From Alphaproteobacteria bacterium (GTDB taxonomy: Bacteria > Pseudomonadota > Alphaproteobacteria > Rs-D84), in NCBI GenBank assembly GCA_009777955.1, contig WRKW01000006.1:1866-65865 (forward strand): a DNA stretch of 64,000 nucleotides. Direction: 5' to 3'. The notes under the pieces are model-generated. The model was not told the origin of the DNA. It saw only the letters and a program-made list of their open reading frames with translations, and did not search any database. Positions 47,657 through 57,355 of this stretch are shown here, in pieces. The first letter of the stretch is position 1. Every line of letters starts with the position of its first letter. Both the position numbers and the translations under genes were made by a program.

Positions 47657-48936
47657 AATCATTCTATATAAAGACCTTTGGTTGCCAGATGAATGTTTAT
47701 GACGGGCAACGGATTTCCGGGATGCTGTGCGGGCTGGGCATGATGCCGACAGACGACGTTACGACGGCTGATTTAATAATCCTGAATACCTGTGCCGTGC
47801 GGGAAAAAGCCAGCAATAAAGTTTTTTCGGAATTGGGGCGAATTCGCAATCGCAAAAAGCCGGATGCTCTTTTCGGAATTATCGGATGCGTCGCGCGGGA
47901 AGAAGGCGCGAATTCTTTTCGCCGCATTCCAGAATTGAATTTTGTCCTTGGACCACAATCGTATCACAAGCTGGCCGACATCATAGAAAACCCGGATGCT
48001 AAGTTATTGAATATTGATTTATCCGGATTGGAAAAGTTCGATGCCCTGCCCCCCATGATCGACAACCCGGTTGTCGCATATATACCAATCCAAGAAGGAT
48101 GCAATCACTGTTGTACTTATTGCATAGTGCCATATACCCGCGGAAGGGAATTGTCACGTTCATTTGATGATGTTATAAATGATGTTCATGCGGCAACCGG
48201 TGCCATAGAAATTTGCTTTTTGGGTCAAAATGTAAACGGATATAAAGATAAAGACGGCAAAAACCTGGCCGACCTGATCCAGGCAACGGCAAAGATTGAA
48301 TCAGTCAAACGAATCCGATTCACATCCAGTTATCCGACCGAGATGTCAGACGGGCTTATAAAGCTGTTCGGGCAAGAACCAAAGCTTTTACCCTTTTTAA
48401 ACATGCCTATACAAAGTGGGTCGCCCGATGTATTGACACGAATGAATCGTCCATATTCGTTGGTACTATATATAGATATTATTGAAAAATTGCGGGATGT
48501 ATGCCCGAATATACAAATATCCAGTGATTTTATAATAGGGTTTCCGGGGGAACTTGATTCAGATTTTGAAATGACCTGTGACATAGCGCGACGAATCGGA
48601 TATATAAATTCATACAGTTTTAAATATTCGCCCAGACCGCATACCGCCGCCGCGACAATGGATAATCAGATTCCGGAAAATATAAAAAAACAGCGTCTTA
48701 AAATTCTGGATGATATACTTACGGAAAATAATCGTACATTTAACGAAAGCTGTATCGGACACACCATGCCCTGTTTAATCGAGGGCCGGGACAAGACCGG
48801 GGGACATCTGCTTGCCCGAACGCCATACATGCAGCAAGTGATTATCGCAGCAACTTCGGCGGCGGCGGTTGCACCAATACAAAACATTAAAATAACTTCC
48901 GCTAATAAATGCTCTCTGCGTGGCAAAATAGTTTGA
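47653..48936 (+). CDS. miaB: tRNA-2-methylthio-N6-dimethylallyladenosine synthase
   Basis: TFGCQMNVYD, NTCAVREKA, radical SAM CNHCCTYC, SDFIIGFPGE, YSPRPHT. Confidence 0.93.
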   Translation: MKSFYIKTFGCQMNVYDGQRISGMLCGLGMMPTDDVTTADLIILNTCAVREKASNKVFSELGRIRNRKKPDALFGIIGCVAREEGANSFRRIPELNFVLGPQSYHKLADIIENPDAKLLNIDLSGLEKFDALPPMIDNPVVAYIPIQEGCNHCCTYCIVPYTRGRELSRSFDDVINDVHAATGAIEICFLGQNVNGYKDKDGKNLADLIQATAKIESVKRIRFTSSYPTEMSDGLIKLFGQEPKLLPFLNMPIQSGSPDVLTRMNRPYSLVLYIDIIEKLRDVCPNIQISSDFIIGFPGELDSDFEMTCDIARRIGYINSYSFKYSPRPHTAAATMDNQIPENIKKQRLKILDDILTENNRTFNESCIGHTMPCLIEGRDKTGGHLLARTPYMQQVIIAATSAAAVAPIQNIKITSANKCSLRGKIV

Positions 48937-48947
48937 TTGCTGATTGT

Positions 48948-49350
48948 GTGTCATTGCGAGTCGCGTCATCGCATTAGTGTCATTGCGAGTGGTCGAAGAC
49001 CGCGAAGCAATCTTTTCCAAACATTCCGTGTCATTGCGAGTCGCGGCACCGCTTGCTGTGACGGACGAAGCAATCTTTTCCAAACATTCCGTGTCATTGC
49101 GAGTGGTCAAAGACCGCGAAGCAATCTCTCCAAACATTCCGTGTCATTGCGAGTCGCAGCACCGCAAGCAGTGACGGACGAAGCAATCTTTTCCAGCATT
49201 TCGTGTCATTGCGAGTGGTCGAAGACCGCGAAGCAATCTTTTTCAAGCAGGGAAGTATAATAATTCCATTACCTGAAAAGATTGCTTCGTCCGCCTGACG
49301 GCGTGACTCGCAATGACACCAGACCAGAATGACATCAGACCGTCATAACA
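48948..49350. repeat. REP-like palindromic array 4
   Basis: One truncated plus five direct units alternating short and long hairpin types, core, one inverted unit. Confidence 0.92.
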
Positions 49351-49474
49351 TCAAAGGCCGAGACCCGCAAACAGCGCCGACCGGAAGTCGTCACCGGAAT
49401 CGGACTGGGCGAAGTTCGCGCAATCGTACGCGCAGCGATACGCGCAATTGGACGGAACGCTGCCGTCGAGCACG
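49351..49474 (-). other. DGR-like variable region VR4
   Basis: NNC/NNT-restricted variation plus a two-codon insertion. Confidence 0.75.
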
Positions 49475-49851
49475 AAAACCCAAGCCGACGAAGCGACACT
49501 AAACCCAGGAATGCTTGTTAGCTTACACCAACAGTATCTACCGCTGTCGGCAACAGGGTTACCAAAGTTAAGGTATGTTCCGCTTGTGCTTGAACACAGG
49601 CTTGCGCCACTGAATTCTGATACATTACTTCCGGTACAGTTTGTTAATTTCCAATCCCCAAGGGATAGGTTATTACAATCATTACTATAACCACCCGTAC
49701 CAAGGGCGGAACAATAGGTGTAACTACCGCAACCTGTTGGGCTATTAGGTTTCGGCACACACGCAACAGCGGCAACAGAATCATGTAATGGGATTATCGT
49801 TAATACTGCAAGGATGCTTGTTAGCTTTATTGTTTTGTTAAATGTATTCAT
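49351..49851 (-). CDS. Secreted Cys-rich protein, putative DGR target copy 4
   Basis: Same architecture; C-terminus VLDGSVPSNCAYRCAYDCANFAQSDSGDDFRSALF. Confidence 0.85.
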   Translation of the reverse strand: MNTFNKTIKLTSILAVLTIIPLHDSVAAVACVPKPNSPTGCGSYTYCSALGTGGYSNDCNNLSLGDWKLTNCTGSNVSEFSGASLCSSTSGTYLNFGNPVADSGRYCWCKLTSIPGFSVASSAWVFVLDGSVPSNCAYRCAYDCANFAQSDSGDDFRSALFAGLGL

Positions 49852-49929
49852 GATACTCTCTCCTTTGGGTATATTTATATTATACCATATACCATGACAA
49901 ATGTCAATTTGTATTTAGTCATGTAAAGT
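49852..49929 (-). promoter_or_regulatory. Conserved cassette promoter, copy 4
   Basis: Consensus TTGACA-17nt-TATAAT, AAGGAG. Confidence 0.8.
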
Positions 49930-50074
49930 GAGCGGTTTTTTAACGGCAACTTTGTTGCCGTTAAGAATCTGTCCACGAAATTATTGACTTTTACAATCTC
50001 GACGCATGTATATTGTAACTTGACAAACTGTTTTGCTTGTATTATTCTGTTGCATGAATAGCAAGGCAGAAAAT

Positions 50075-51151
50075 ATGAAAAAACAAACCGAAAAACCAGA
50101 TATTTCGTTAATTATTCCATGTTATAATATAGAAGGACATATAGATGACTGTATGCAGTCTGTTATGTGTCAAAAAAACATAAGAAAATGCGAAGTAATT
50201 CTCGTAAACGACGGCTCTGTTGATTCTACGAAAAAAAAGCTTATGAAATATGTAAAAAGATACCCAAAGATTGTACAGCTGGTTGAAAACAGATATAATC
50301 TTGGCGTATCTGCCGCACGCAATATAGGATTGGAAAAGGCCAAAGGAAATATTATGTTCGTTGACGGCGACGACATGATAGGTGGCAAGCTGGAATCCGG
50401 AATCGACACATATTATTTGGAAAATTTTTTGGATACCTTGAACTCTAATCCGGGTGCCAGCATGGTTGTTGGAAACCTGTTGGTGGTTGATCATGACAAT
50501 ACCAGAATGCTTTGTGCCAAACGATTTAAAAATTTATTCAATCATTCGACAAAGAAAACAATAGATATCAATTCGGCATTGGATTTATTGGACAAAAGGC
50601 TTAGCAGTTGTGCCATCCTTTATCGTGCCGATATCATACAGAAATACAATCTGCGATTTATGCCCCAACTTACTTATTTTGAAGATGCCGATTTTGTAAT
50701 AAGATATGCGTTCAAAGGTGCCCCGAAATACCCAAGCGTTCTGGAAGTTGTTCCGGACTTTTCACATTCGTATTACATATATCGCCGCAGAACCGATTCG
50801 GCCATGACCAAATTGTCTTGCCATTCTGAAAAGTATATGCGCCGATTGGAAAGGACACAGAATAAATTGGCATATTATTCCCGGTTTTTATTGCGATGCA
50901 ATGGATTAATGGGGCCGGATTCCCATATATATAATATAGTTGCGCATCGTTTCAGCCAAACAGTCAAAAACATAAATGTATATAAAAAAGATTCTGATGC
51001 CGTTGCCTATGAATCTTTATCCAGAAAATATATCCCATGGCAGTGTGTGGGATGTACAAAAAACAGATGTATTGCTTGCGGGAACAACGATATATTGCTG
51101 GCGACTGCGGAAAGGTGTAAAAACGATTTGTTGCATGGTCGGCGGCGTTAA
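50075..51151 (+). CDS. Glycosyltransferase family 2
   Basis: ISLIIPCYN, ILVNDGSVD, GVSAARNIGL, MFVDGDD, FEDADF. Confidence 0.88.
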   Translation: MKKQTEKPDISLIIPCYNIEGHIDDCMQSVMCQKNIRKCEVILVNDGSVDSTKKKLMKYVKRYPKIVQLVENRYNLGVSAARNIGLEKAKGNIMFVDGDDMIGGKLESGIDTYYLENFLDTLNSNPGASMVVGNLLVVDHDNTRMLCAKRFKNLFNHSTKKTIDINSALDLLDKRLSSCAILYRADIIQKYNLRFMPQLTYFEDADFVIRYAFKGAPKYPSVLEVVPDFSHSYYIYRRRTDSAMTKLSCHSEKYMRRLERTQNKLAYYSRFLLRCNGLMGPDSHIYNIVAHRFSQTVKNINVYKKDSDAVAYESLSRKYIPWQCVGCTKNRCIACGNNDILLATAERCKNDLLHGRRR

Positions 51152-51221
51152 TAACCGTAATTCCTGCTTGCGCGGGGATTTTTTTTTCGCTATGCTTCCC
51201 AAGTCAAAGAGGGGATTTATC

Positions 51222-52592
51222 ATGAAAAAATTACTAGTATCCGTGCTTTTGTCTGTATCCGTGATGTTTGGCGCGATATCGGCTGAAAAGAAAAAAGAGC
51301 CCATAAACCGGCTTACAGACGAAGAAATTTACCGCGAGCTTAAAAAGTTCGCATTGGTGTTCCAGTCTGCTCGCGATAATTTTGTTGAAGAGGTAGATGA
51401 AAAAAAAGCGTTGGAAGCCGCGATGAATGGAATGTTGGCGGCACTGGATCCTCATTCTTCTTATTTGACCGCCGATGAGATGAAAGATTTTACCGATAAA
51501 TCAAGTGGCAGTTTTGGTGGCCTGGGCATTCAGATTACAGCGGACAAGGGCGTGATTCGCGTGATTTCCCCAATTGATGACACCCCGGCGGAACGTGCCG
51601 GAATCAAAGCCGGCGATTATATCACACATATAGATGATGAACAGGTTGGTGGATTGACCCTTACCCAGGCTGTGAAAAAAATGAAAGGAAAGCCTGGGAC
51701 AAAAGTAAAGCTTACAATCATGCAACAGGGAAAAGAGCCAAAAACTATAACCCTTACACGCGATATTATAAAGGTAAAATCTGTAAAGCATGAACGAAAG
51801 GGCAGTGATGAAGATGTCGGATATATACGTATATCGGATTTTGGTGCGACCACGACAAGAGAATTGCGTGAAGCTATCACGGCTTTGGAAAAAAAGAAAG
51901 TAAAAGGTTATATCATAGATGTTCGTAACAACCCCGGCGGCTATCTGACCGCGGCAATAGGGGCAACGGACGCGTTTCTTGATGGCGGCGACATAGTATC
52001 TACCCGCGGGCGCGATAAAAAAGATATGGATGTTGCGCGCGCAAAGCCGGGCGATTTAACCAATGGAAAACCGATGGTAGTATTGGTAAATCATGGGTCG
52101 GCATCGGCATCGGAAATTCTTGCCGGCGCGATACAGGACAACGGCCGCGGAATTGTTATGGGGACACAGACTTTTGGAAAGGGCAGTGTGCAACAGCAAA
52201 AACCTTTTGCCGATGGCACCGCGATTCATATTACCGTTGCGCGGTATTATACGCCCAGCGGAAACTCGATTCAGGGGGAGGGCATAACGCCAGATATAGA
52301 GGTCTTGCATTCAAAAGTGGAAGTCTTGGAAAAAAGACGCGATTTGTTTTCAGAAGCGACATTGTTGGGCGCATTGAAAAAAGACGACAAAGATAGTGCC
52401 AAAAAATCAAAGGACAAGGATAAAGGCAAAGATGATGATGTTTCAGATGAAGAGTCCGATGGCAAAGTCGATTATCAGTTGAATCGTGCCATAGATATGG
52501 TACACGCGATGGCAAGGTTGGAACAGCGTAAAGCGGAAAGCGCGAAAAAAGACGCAGAGAAAGAAGAAAAGAAAGACGAAGATAAATCATAG
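51222..52592 (+). CDS. ctpA: C-terminal processing protease (S41, PDZ)
   Basis: LDPHSSY, GGLGIQI PDZ, DVRNNPGG, SASASEI, TFGKGSVQ, RYYTPSG. Confidence 0.92.
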   Translation: MKKLLVSVLLSVSVMFGAISAEKKKEPINRLTDEEIYRELKKFALVFQSARDNFVEEVDEKKALEAAMNGMLAALDPHSSYLTADEMKDFTDKSSGSFGGLGIQITADKGVIRVISPIDDTPAERAGIKAGDYITHIDDEQVGGLTLTQAVKKMKGKPGTKVKLTIMQQGKEPKTITLTRDIIKVKSVKHERKGSDEDVGYIRISDFGATTTRELREAITALEKKKVKGYIIDVRNNPGGYLTAAIGATDAFLDGGDIVSTRGRDKKDMDVARAKPGDLTNGKPMVVLVNHGSASASEILAGAIQDNGRGIVMGTQTFGKGSVQQQKPFADGTAIHITVARYYTPSGNSIQGEGITPDIEVLHSKVEVLEKRRDLFSEATLLGALKKDDKDSAKKSKDKDKGKDDDVSDEESDGKVDYQLNRAIDMVHAMARLEQRKAESAKKDAEKEEKKDEDKS

Positions 52593-52624
52593 GGCGTAAA
52601 TCGTTTTACGTCTTACGAAGATCC

Positions 52625-52706
52625 GCCATGCTTCCCGTTTTTTTGAATGAATAGTGAATAATGAATAATTAATGCGTCGCGCAAAGCGCGACACCATCTT
52701 CATGCT
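52625..52706 (+). repeat. AATGAAT-heptamer/hairpin interspersed element, copy B
   Basis: Near-identical to 6131-6218. Confidence 0.75.
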
Positions 52707-52745
52707 TTCCGACTTTCGGTCGGCATTATTTTCAGCCCTATCGTT

Positions 52746-53165
52746 TTAATGGTTCTTAGAAAAATTATTCATAAAGGGCGTGGCTATCCGTCGTTCCGCT
52801 TCAAGCAGCTTTTTAACCTTTGCTTTAAGGATTTTCAGTTTTTTCATAGCGGAATTTGGATCGTCATAGTTTTCGTACCAGTCTTTCAAAGCTTTATTAA
52901 CCGAATCCATTTCTGCATAACCTTCGACCCATTTGTATTTACCATTTTCATCCACTCGCAGTATAAGACTGTTTGATTCTGGATGTGCTGAAAAATGACG
53001 AAATGGGGCGGCCGGTCTAAGATATGCCCATTCTGAATTCAATCCATATTGTACCGCGTCAAGAATCATGTTGAATGTCTGTTCTTTGTCGGGAAGATCT
53101 TTTAATGACATTAAAAGTTGTTTTCGTCTGTTTTTTGACGAAGTTGTTATTTTTATTTTTTTCAT
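52746..53165 (-). CDS. Hypothetical protein
   Basis: 139-aa ORF, no motif recognised. Confidence 0.55.
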   Translation of the reverse strand: MKKIKITTSSKNRRKQLLMSLKDLPDKEQTFNMILDAVQYGLNSEWAYLRPAAPFRHFSAHPESNSLILRVDENGKYKWVEGYAEMDSVNKALKDWYENYDDPNSAMKKLKILKAKVKKLLEAERRIATPFMNNFSKNH

Positions 53166-53328
53166 TTCTATTATCTTTCGTTGTTTTATTTATCGCAAAA
53201 TTGGCATCTTGGTATTATTTGCTGTAACACTATATTACAAGTGTGTGTTTTGTCAATATTTTGTTTGTTGCTTGTTTTATTTCTTTGGCGTGGTATAATT
53301 TGCACCTATTAAGAAAGGTGTTTGTAAA

Positions 53329-56300
53329 ATGGTAAAAAAGATGGAAAGAATTATAACCGATGGTAATTGGGCGGCGGCAGATGTTGCATATCGTTGCAGC
53401 GAATTTTCAGCAATTTATCCGATAACCCCGTCGTCATCGATGGGGGAATTGGCCGACGAGTGGGCATTCCAGCACAAGAAAAATATATGGGGTGCGATCC
53501 CCGGTGTTATAGAAATGCAGTCCGAAGGCGGTGCCGCGGGTGCTATTCATGGGGCCTTGCAGATGGGGTCATTGTGTACGACCTTTACATCGTCACAGGG
53601 GCTTTTGCTGATGATTCCGAATATGTACAAGATTGCGGGTGAACAAACACCGTTTGTTATGCACGTAGCGGCCAGGGCCATTGCGACGCATGCTTTGTCT
53701 ATTTTCGGGGATCATTCCGACGTGATGGGTGTCCGCGGTGCCGGCTTTGCCATGCTATCCAGCCATAATGTACAACAGGCTCATGATATGGCCGCAATCT
53801 CGCATGCGGCGACATTACGTTCGCGAGTGCCGTTTTTACATTTCTTTGACGGATTTCGCACAAGTCATGAAGAATCGCGCATGGAAAGGCTTTCAGATGA
53901 TGATCTGCGCGCGCTTGTTCCGACAAAGACTTTGTTGGCGGCACGTGCGCGCGGCATGACCCCAGATAATCCAACCATCCGCGGTACAGCACAGAATCCG
54001 GATGTTTTTTTCCAGGGTCGCGAGGCAGCAAACTTGTTGTATGATGCCGTGCCAGAAATAGTACAGGGCGTAATGGATGAATTTACAAAGCTGACGAATC
54101 GCAAATATGGATTGGTTAATTACTTTGGTGATCCAAAGGCCGAAAATGTCATAGTTGCGATGGGTTCGGGGGTCGAAACCATAATTGAAACCCTTAACCA
54201 TCTTCCAAAGGGTGTCGGTCTTGTCGCGGTGCATTTATACAGACCGTTTCCTGTGGCTGCGTTCCTGTCCGCATTGCCCGACACAGTGAAACACATAGCC
54301 GTGCTTGATCGTACAAAGGAACCGGGCAGTATTGGCGAACCGCTTTATCTTGATGTGGTTGCCGCAATTAATAAGTCATCAGTTGGCAATTCATCGCAGC
54401 CCGGGGCGGATCAGCGACCGGCAATTCAAATTTTTGGTGGTCGGTATGGGCTTGGCTCTAAAGAATTCAAACCCCGCGATGTAAAGGCAATTGTAGAAAA
54501 TATGATGCTTGGAACTTTGCGGCATAACTTTACCGTTGGCATCGATGACGATGTGACGAATTTATCATTGAAAACCGATCCTGTATTCGCCAATGATGAT
54601 AAAGGTTACAAATCCGCCATCCTTTATGGTATTGGTTCTGATGGCACTGTTGGCGCGGTCAAAAACATAGTGAAGATAGTTGGTGAAAATTCCGATCTGT
54701 ATCCGCAATCCTATGCCGTATATGATTCAAAAAAATCCGGGGGACTGACTGCATCCCATTTGCGTTTTGCGCCCGAACATATACGGTCACAGTATTTGGT
54801 AGAATACGCTGATTTCATTTCCGTTTCTAACTTTACGATCGCGCAAAGATTCGATGTTTTCAAGGGATTAAAACCCGGTGGCACTGTTATGATAAATACC
54901 GGGCTTGCACCGGATGATGCGTTCGCAAATCTTCCGCGCGATGTCCAAGAACATTTGTTGCGCATGCGTGCGCGTGTTTATTTCCTTGATGCCAACCGTG
55001 CCGCGCGGGAATTGGGTTTGGGTAATCGTATCAATACTTTCATAATGTTGAATTTCTTTGGCCTGACCGAAATCATAAATCCGGCGGTTGCGGCAAAGGC
55101 CGCAAAGGATGCGATCGAAAAAACTTACAAAAGGAAAGGTGCGGATGTTGTAACTGCGAACTGGGCTGCGGTTGATCGTGCGGCGGATTTCCTTTTCGAA
55201 TTCAAATTGCCCGGCAAACCATCGGAATTTGCGCCGGATTGGATCCCCGCCATGATAGCGGATGCACCGGCAAAAATCGCGGGCGTGCTGGGTGAAATGG
55301 CTGCTCAACGCGGTGATGCCTTGCCGGTATCGGCATTCACGGATAAAGATGATGTAAATTTCGCATACGGCCAGTATCCTGTTGGCACCAGCAAATATGA
55401 AAAACGTTCCATTGCTGAACGTGTCGCTATATGTGATTTAAGCAAGTGCATACAGTGTGGAAAATGCTCGATGTTGTGTCCGCATGCGGCAATCAGGATG
55501 AATTTGGTAAATAAATCAGCAACGGGCTTTGTGGAATCAAAAACCAAAGAGCTTGGCGATGATATGTGGTTTTCGCTGACAATCTCTCCCGCAGACTGCA
55601 CGGGATGCCAGGTCTGTACAAAAGCATGTCCGACCGGCGCATTGCGTATGGTGTCCGCAAAAGAAGCCATAGACACGGGTAACCAGGATGCATTCGATGC
55701 GGCCAGCAAACTGGCACCATTCCCGCGGGAAAAGCTGAATCTGAATATTCCAAAGCATATCGAGCTTTGCGAACACATGTTCGAATTTCCCGGTGCCTGT
55801 GCCGGATGTGGTGAAACACCGTATATAAAGCTGATAACGAAATTGTTCGGCGATCGTATGGTTGTTGCAAATGCCACAGGCTGTTCGTCAATATATTGCG
55901 GAAATCTGCCAACTACCCCGTATACTACAAATGCTGCGGGTCGTGGTCCGGCATGGTCAAATTCATTGTTCGAAGATAATGCCGAATATGGCCTTGGCAT
56001 GCGTCTTGCGCTGAATCAAAGACAAAATGCTTTGCGGGCACTGTTGTTCGAACTGGGATATCCGAATGTGGAAAAACTTTTTATAGAAACAGATATCGAG
56101 AAACAACGTGAAAACGAATCGGTTGTGCGCAAATGGTTGGCAAAATCGAAACATCCGCGCGCTGCGGAAGCGATGTCATTGGTGGACGCACTGGTTGAAA
56201 AATCTTTGTGGATTATTGGTGGTGATGGTTGGGCATACGACATTGGTTTCGGGGGACTGGATCATATACTGCATAGTGGCCAGAATGTAAATATTCTGGT

Positions 56301-56904
56301 ACTTGATACCGAAGGTTATTCGAACACGGGTGGCCAGCAATCAAAGGCAACCCCGTTCGGCGCATCTATGAAGTTTGCTGTCGGTGGCAAGGATCAGCAT
56401 AAAAAAGATCTTGGTCTGATTGCGATGATGTCGGGTGCATATGTGGCACAGATTGCGATGGGCGCGGATCAGCCCCAAGCGATTCGTGCAATTCGTGAAG
56501 CAGAGTCTTTCCCAGGGCCGTCGATTATACTGGCATACAGTCCATGTATTTCGCATGGATATGACATGCAGAATGGTTCGGCGCACCAGCGTGCATTGGT
56601 GGATGCGGGCGTATGGCCATTGTTCCGATTTAATCCGTCATTGATAGAGCAGGGCAAAAATCCGCTGATTATGGATTCTGGCGGAAATGTTTGTGTTGGT
56701 CCTGATTGCGAATCGGCAGATAATCCGGAACTTGCGGCATTGGAAAAATTCCTTATGACCGAGGGGCGATTCAAAACGGCCCAGGCCATGAATCCAACGC
56801 GGTTTGCGCGGCTGGTGGCGCATGCGGCCAGTGACAATGAATACCGCCGTGAACTGAAAAAGCATATTGCATCGTTTGTTTTGCAACGCAAAATATGCGA
56901 TTAA
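53329..56904 (+). CDS. nifJ: Pyruvate:ferredoxin (flavodoxin) oxidoreductase
   Basis: YPITPSS, EMQSEGGAAG, two 4Fe-4S CxxCxxCxxxCP motifs, GACAGCGE, GGDGWAYDIG. Confidence 0.96.
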   Translation: MVKKMERIITDGNWAAADVAYRCSEFSAIYPITPSSSMGELADEWAFQHKKNIWGAIPGVIEMQSEGGAAGAIHGALQMGSLCTTFTSSQGLLLMIPNMYKIAGEQTPFVMHVAARAIATHALSIFGDHSDVMGVRGAGFAMLSSHNVQQAHDMAAISHAATLRSRVPFLHFFDGFRTSHEESRMERLSDDDLRALVPTKTLLAARARGMTPDNPTIRGTAQNPDVFFQGREAANLLYDAVPEIVQGVMDEFTKLTNRKYGLVNYFGDPKAENVIVAMGSGVETIIETLNHLPKGVGLVAVHLYRPFPVAAFLSALPDTVKHIAVLDRTKEPGSIGEPLYLDVVAAINKSSVGNSSQPGADQRPAIQIFGGRYGLGSKEFKPRDVKAIVENMMLGTLRHNFTVGIDDDVTNLSLKTDPVFANDDKGYKSAILYGIGSDGTVGAVKNIVKIVGENSDLYPQSYAVYDSKKSGGLTASHLRFAPEHIRSQYLVEYADFISVSNFTIAQRFDVFKGLKPGGTVMINTGLAPDDAFANLPRDVQEHLLRMRARVYFLDANRAARELGLGNRINTFIMLNFFGLTEIINPAVAAKAAKDAIEKTYKRKGADVVTANWAAVDRAADFLFEFKLPGKPSEFAPDWIPAMIADAPAKIAGVLGEMAAQRGDALPVSAFTDKDDVNFAYGQYPVGTSKYEKRSIAERVAICDLSKCIQCGKCSMLCPHAAIRMNLVNKSATGFVESKTKELGDDMWFSLTISPADCTGCQVCTKACPTGALRMVSAKEAIDTGNQDAFDAASKLAPFPREKLNLNIPKHIELCEHMFEFPGACAGCGETPYIKLITKLFGDRMVVANATGCSSIYCGNLPTTPYTTNAAGRGPAWSNSLFEDNAEYGLGMRLALNQRQNALRALLFELGYPNVEKLFIETDIEKQRENESVVRKWLAKSKHPRAAEAMSLVDALVEKSLWIIGGDGWAYDIGFGGLDHILHSGQNVNILVLDTEGYSNTGGQQSKATPFGASMKFAVGGKDQHKKDLGLIAMMSGAYVAQIAMGADQPQAIRAIREAESFPGPSIILAYSPCISHGYDMQNGSAHQRALVDAGVWPLFRFNPSLIEQGKNPLIMDSGGNVCVGPDCESADNPELAALEKFLMTEGRFKTAQAMNPTRFARLVAHAASDNEYRRELKKHIASFVLQRKICD

Positions 56905-56942
56905 ATACTGGGAAAGTTTCATAACCTAAATGTTCGACGGGC

Positions 56943-57197
56943 TTAATTACATTTGTGGAATTTAACTTTCCATCTGAATTTTGAATCGATTCTGCAACGA
57001 ATATAGCCTTTTCTGTAATACCATTCCCCGCGTCGGATATCGGCGCATGGCATAAGTATTTTTGTGCCAAACCCACAGAATATAATGTCGGCACTGGCGG
57101 TATGGATTTCTGTCGCTCGCGGTGCATAGATATATGAATAATGGGTTTCTGGTCTGTTTATTGCGATCATACTTTCATCTAGTAATTCGATTTTCAT
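56943..57197 (-). CDS. Small hypothetical protein
   Basis: 84-aa ORF with GAGG RBS. Confidence 0.4.
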   Translation of the reverse strand: MKIELLDESMIAINRPETHYSYIYAPRATEIHTASADIIFCGFGTKILMPCADIRRGEWYYRKGYIRCRIDSKFRWKVKFHKCN

Positions 57198-57355
57198 AAA
57201 TGCCTCTTTTTGTGACTATTTATATTAAATAGAAAAAGGATGGTTTTGTCAAAAATATTGTCGGCTTGCTTTTTATCCCTTTGCATTGCGAGAAATAAAA
57301 TGTAAAATGCCAACCTAGGGGCGCGAGAAAAGGATAACCAAAAAGGTATGTAAAA

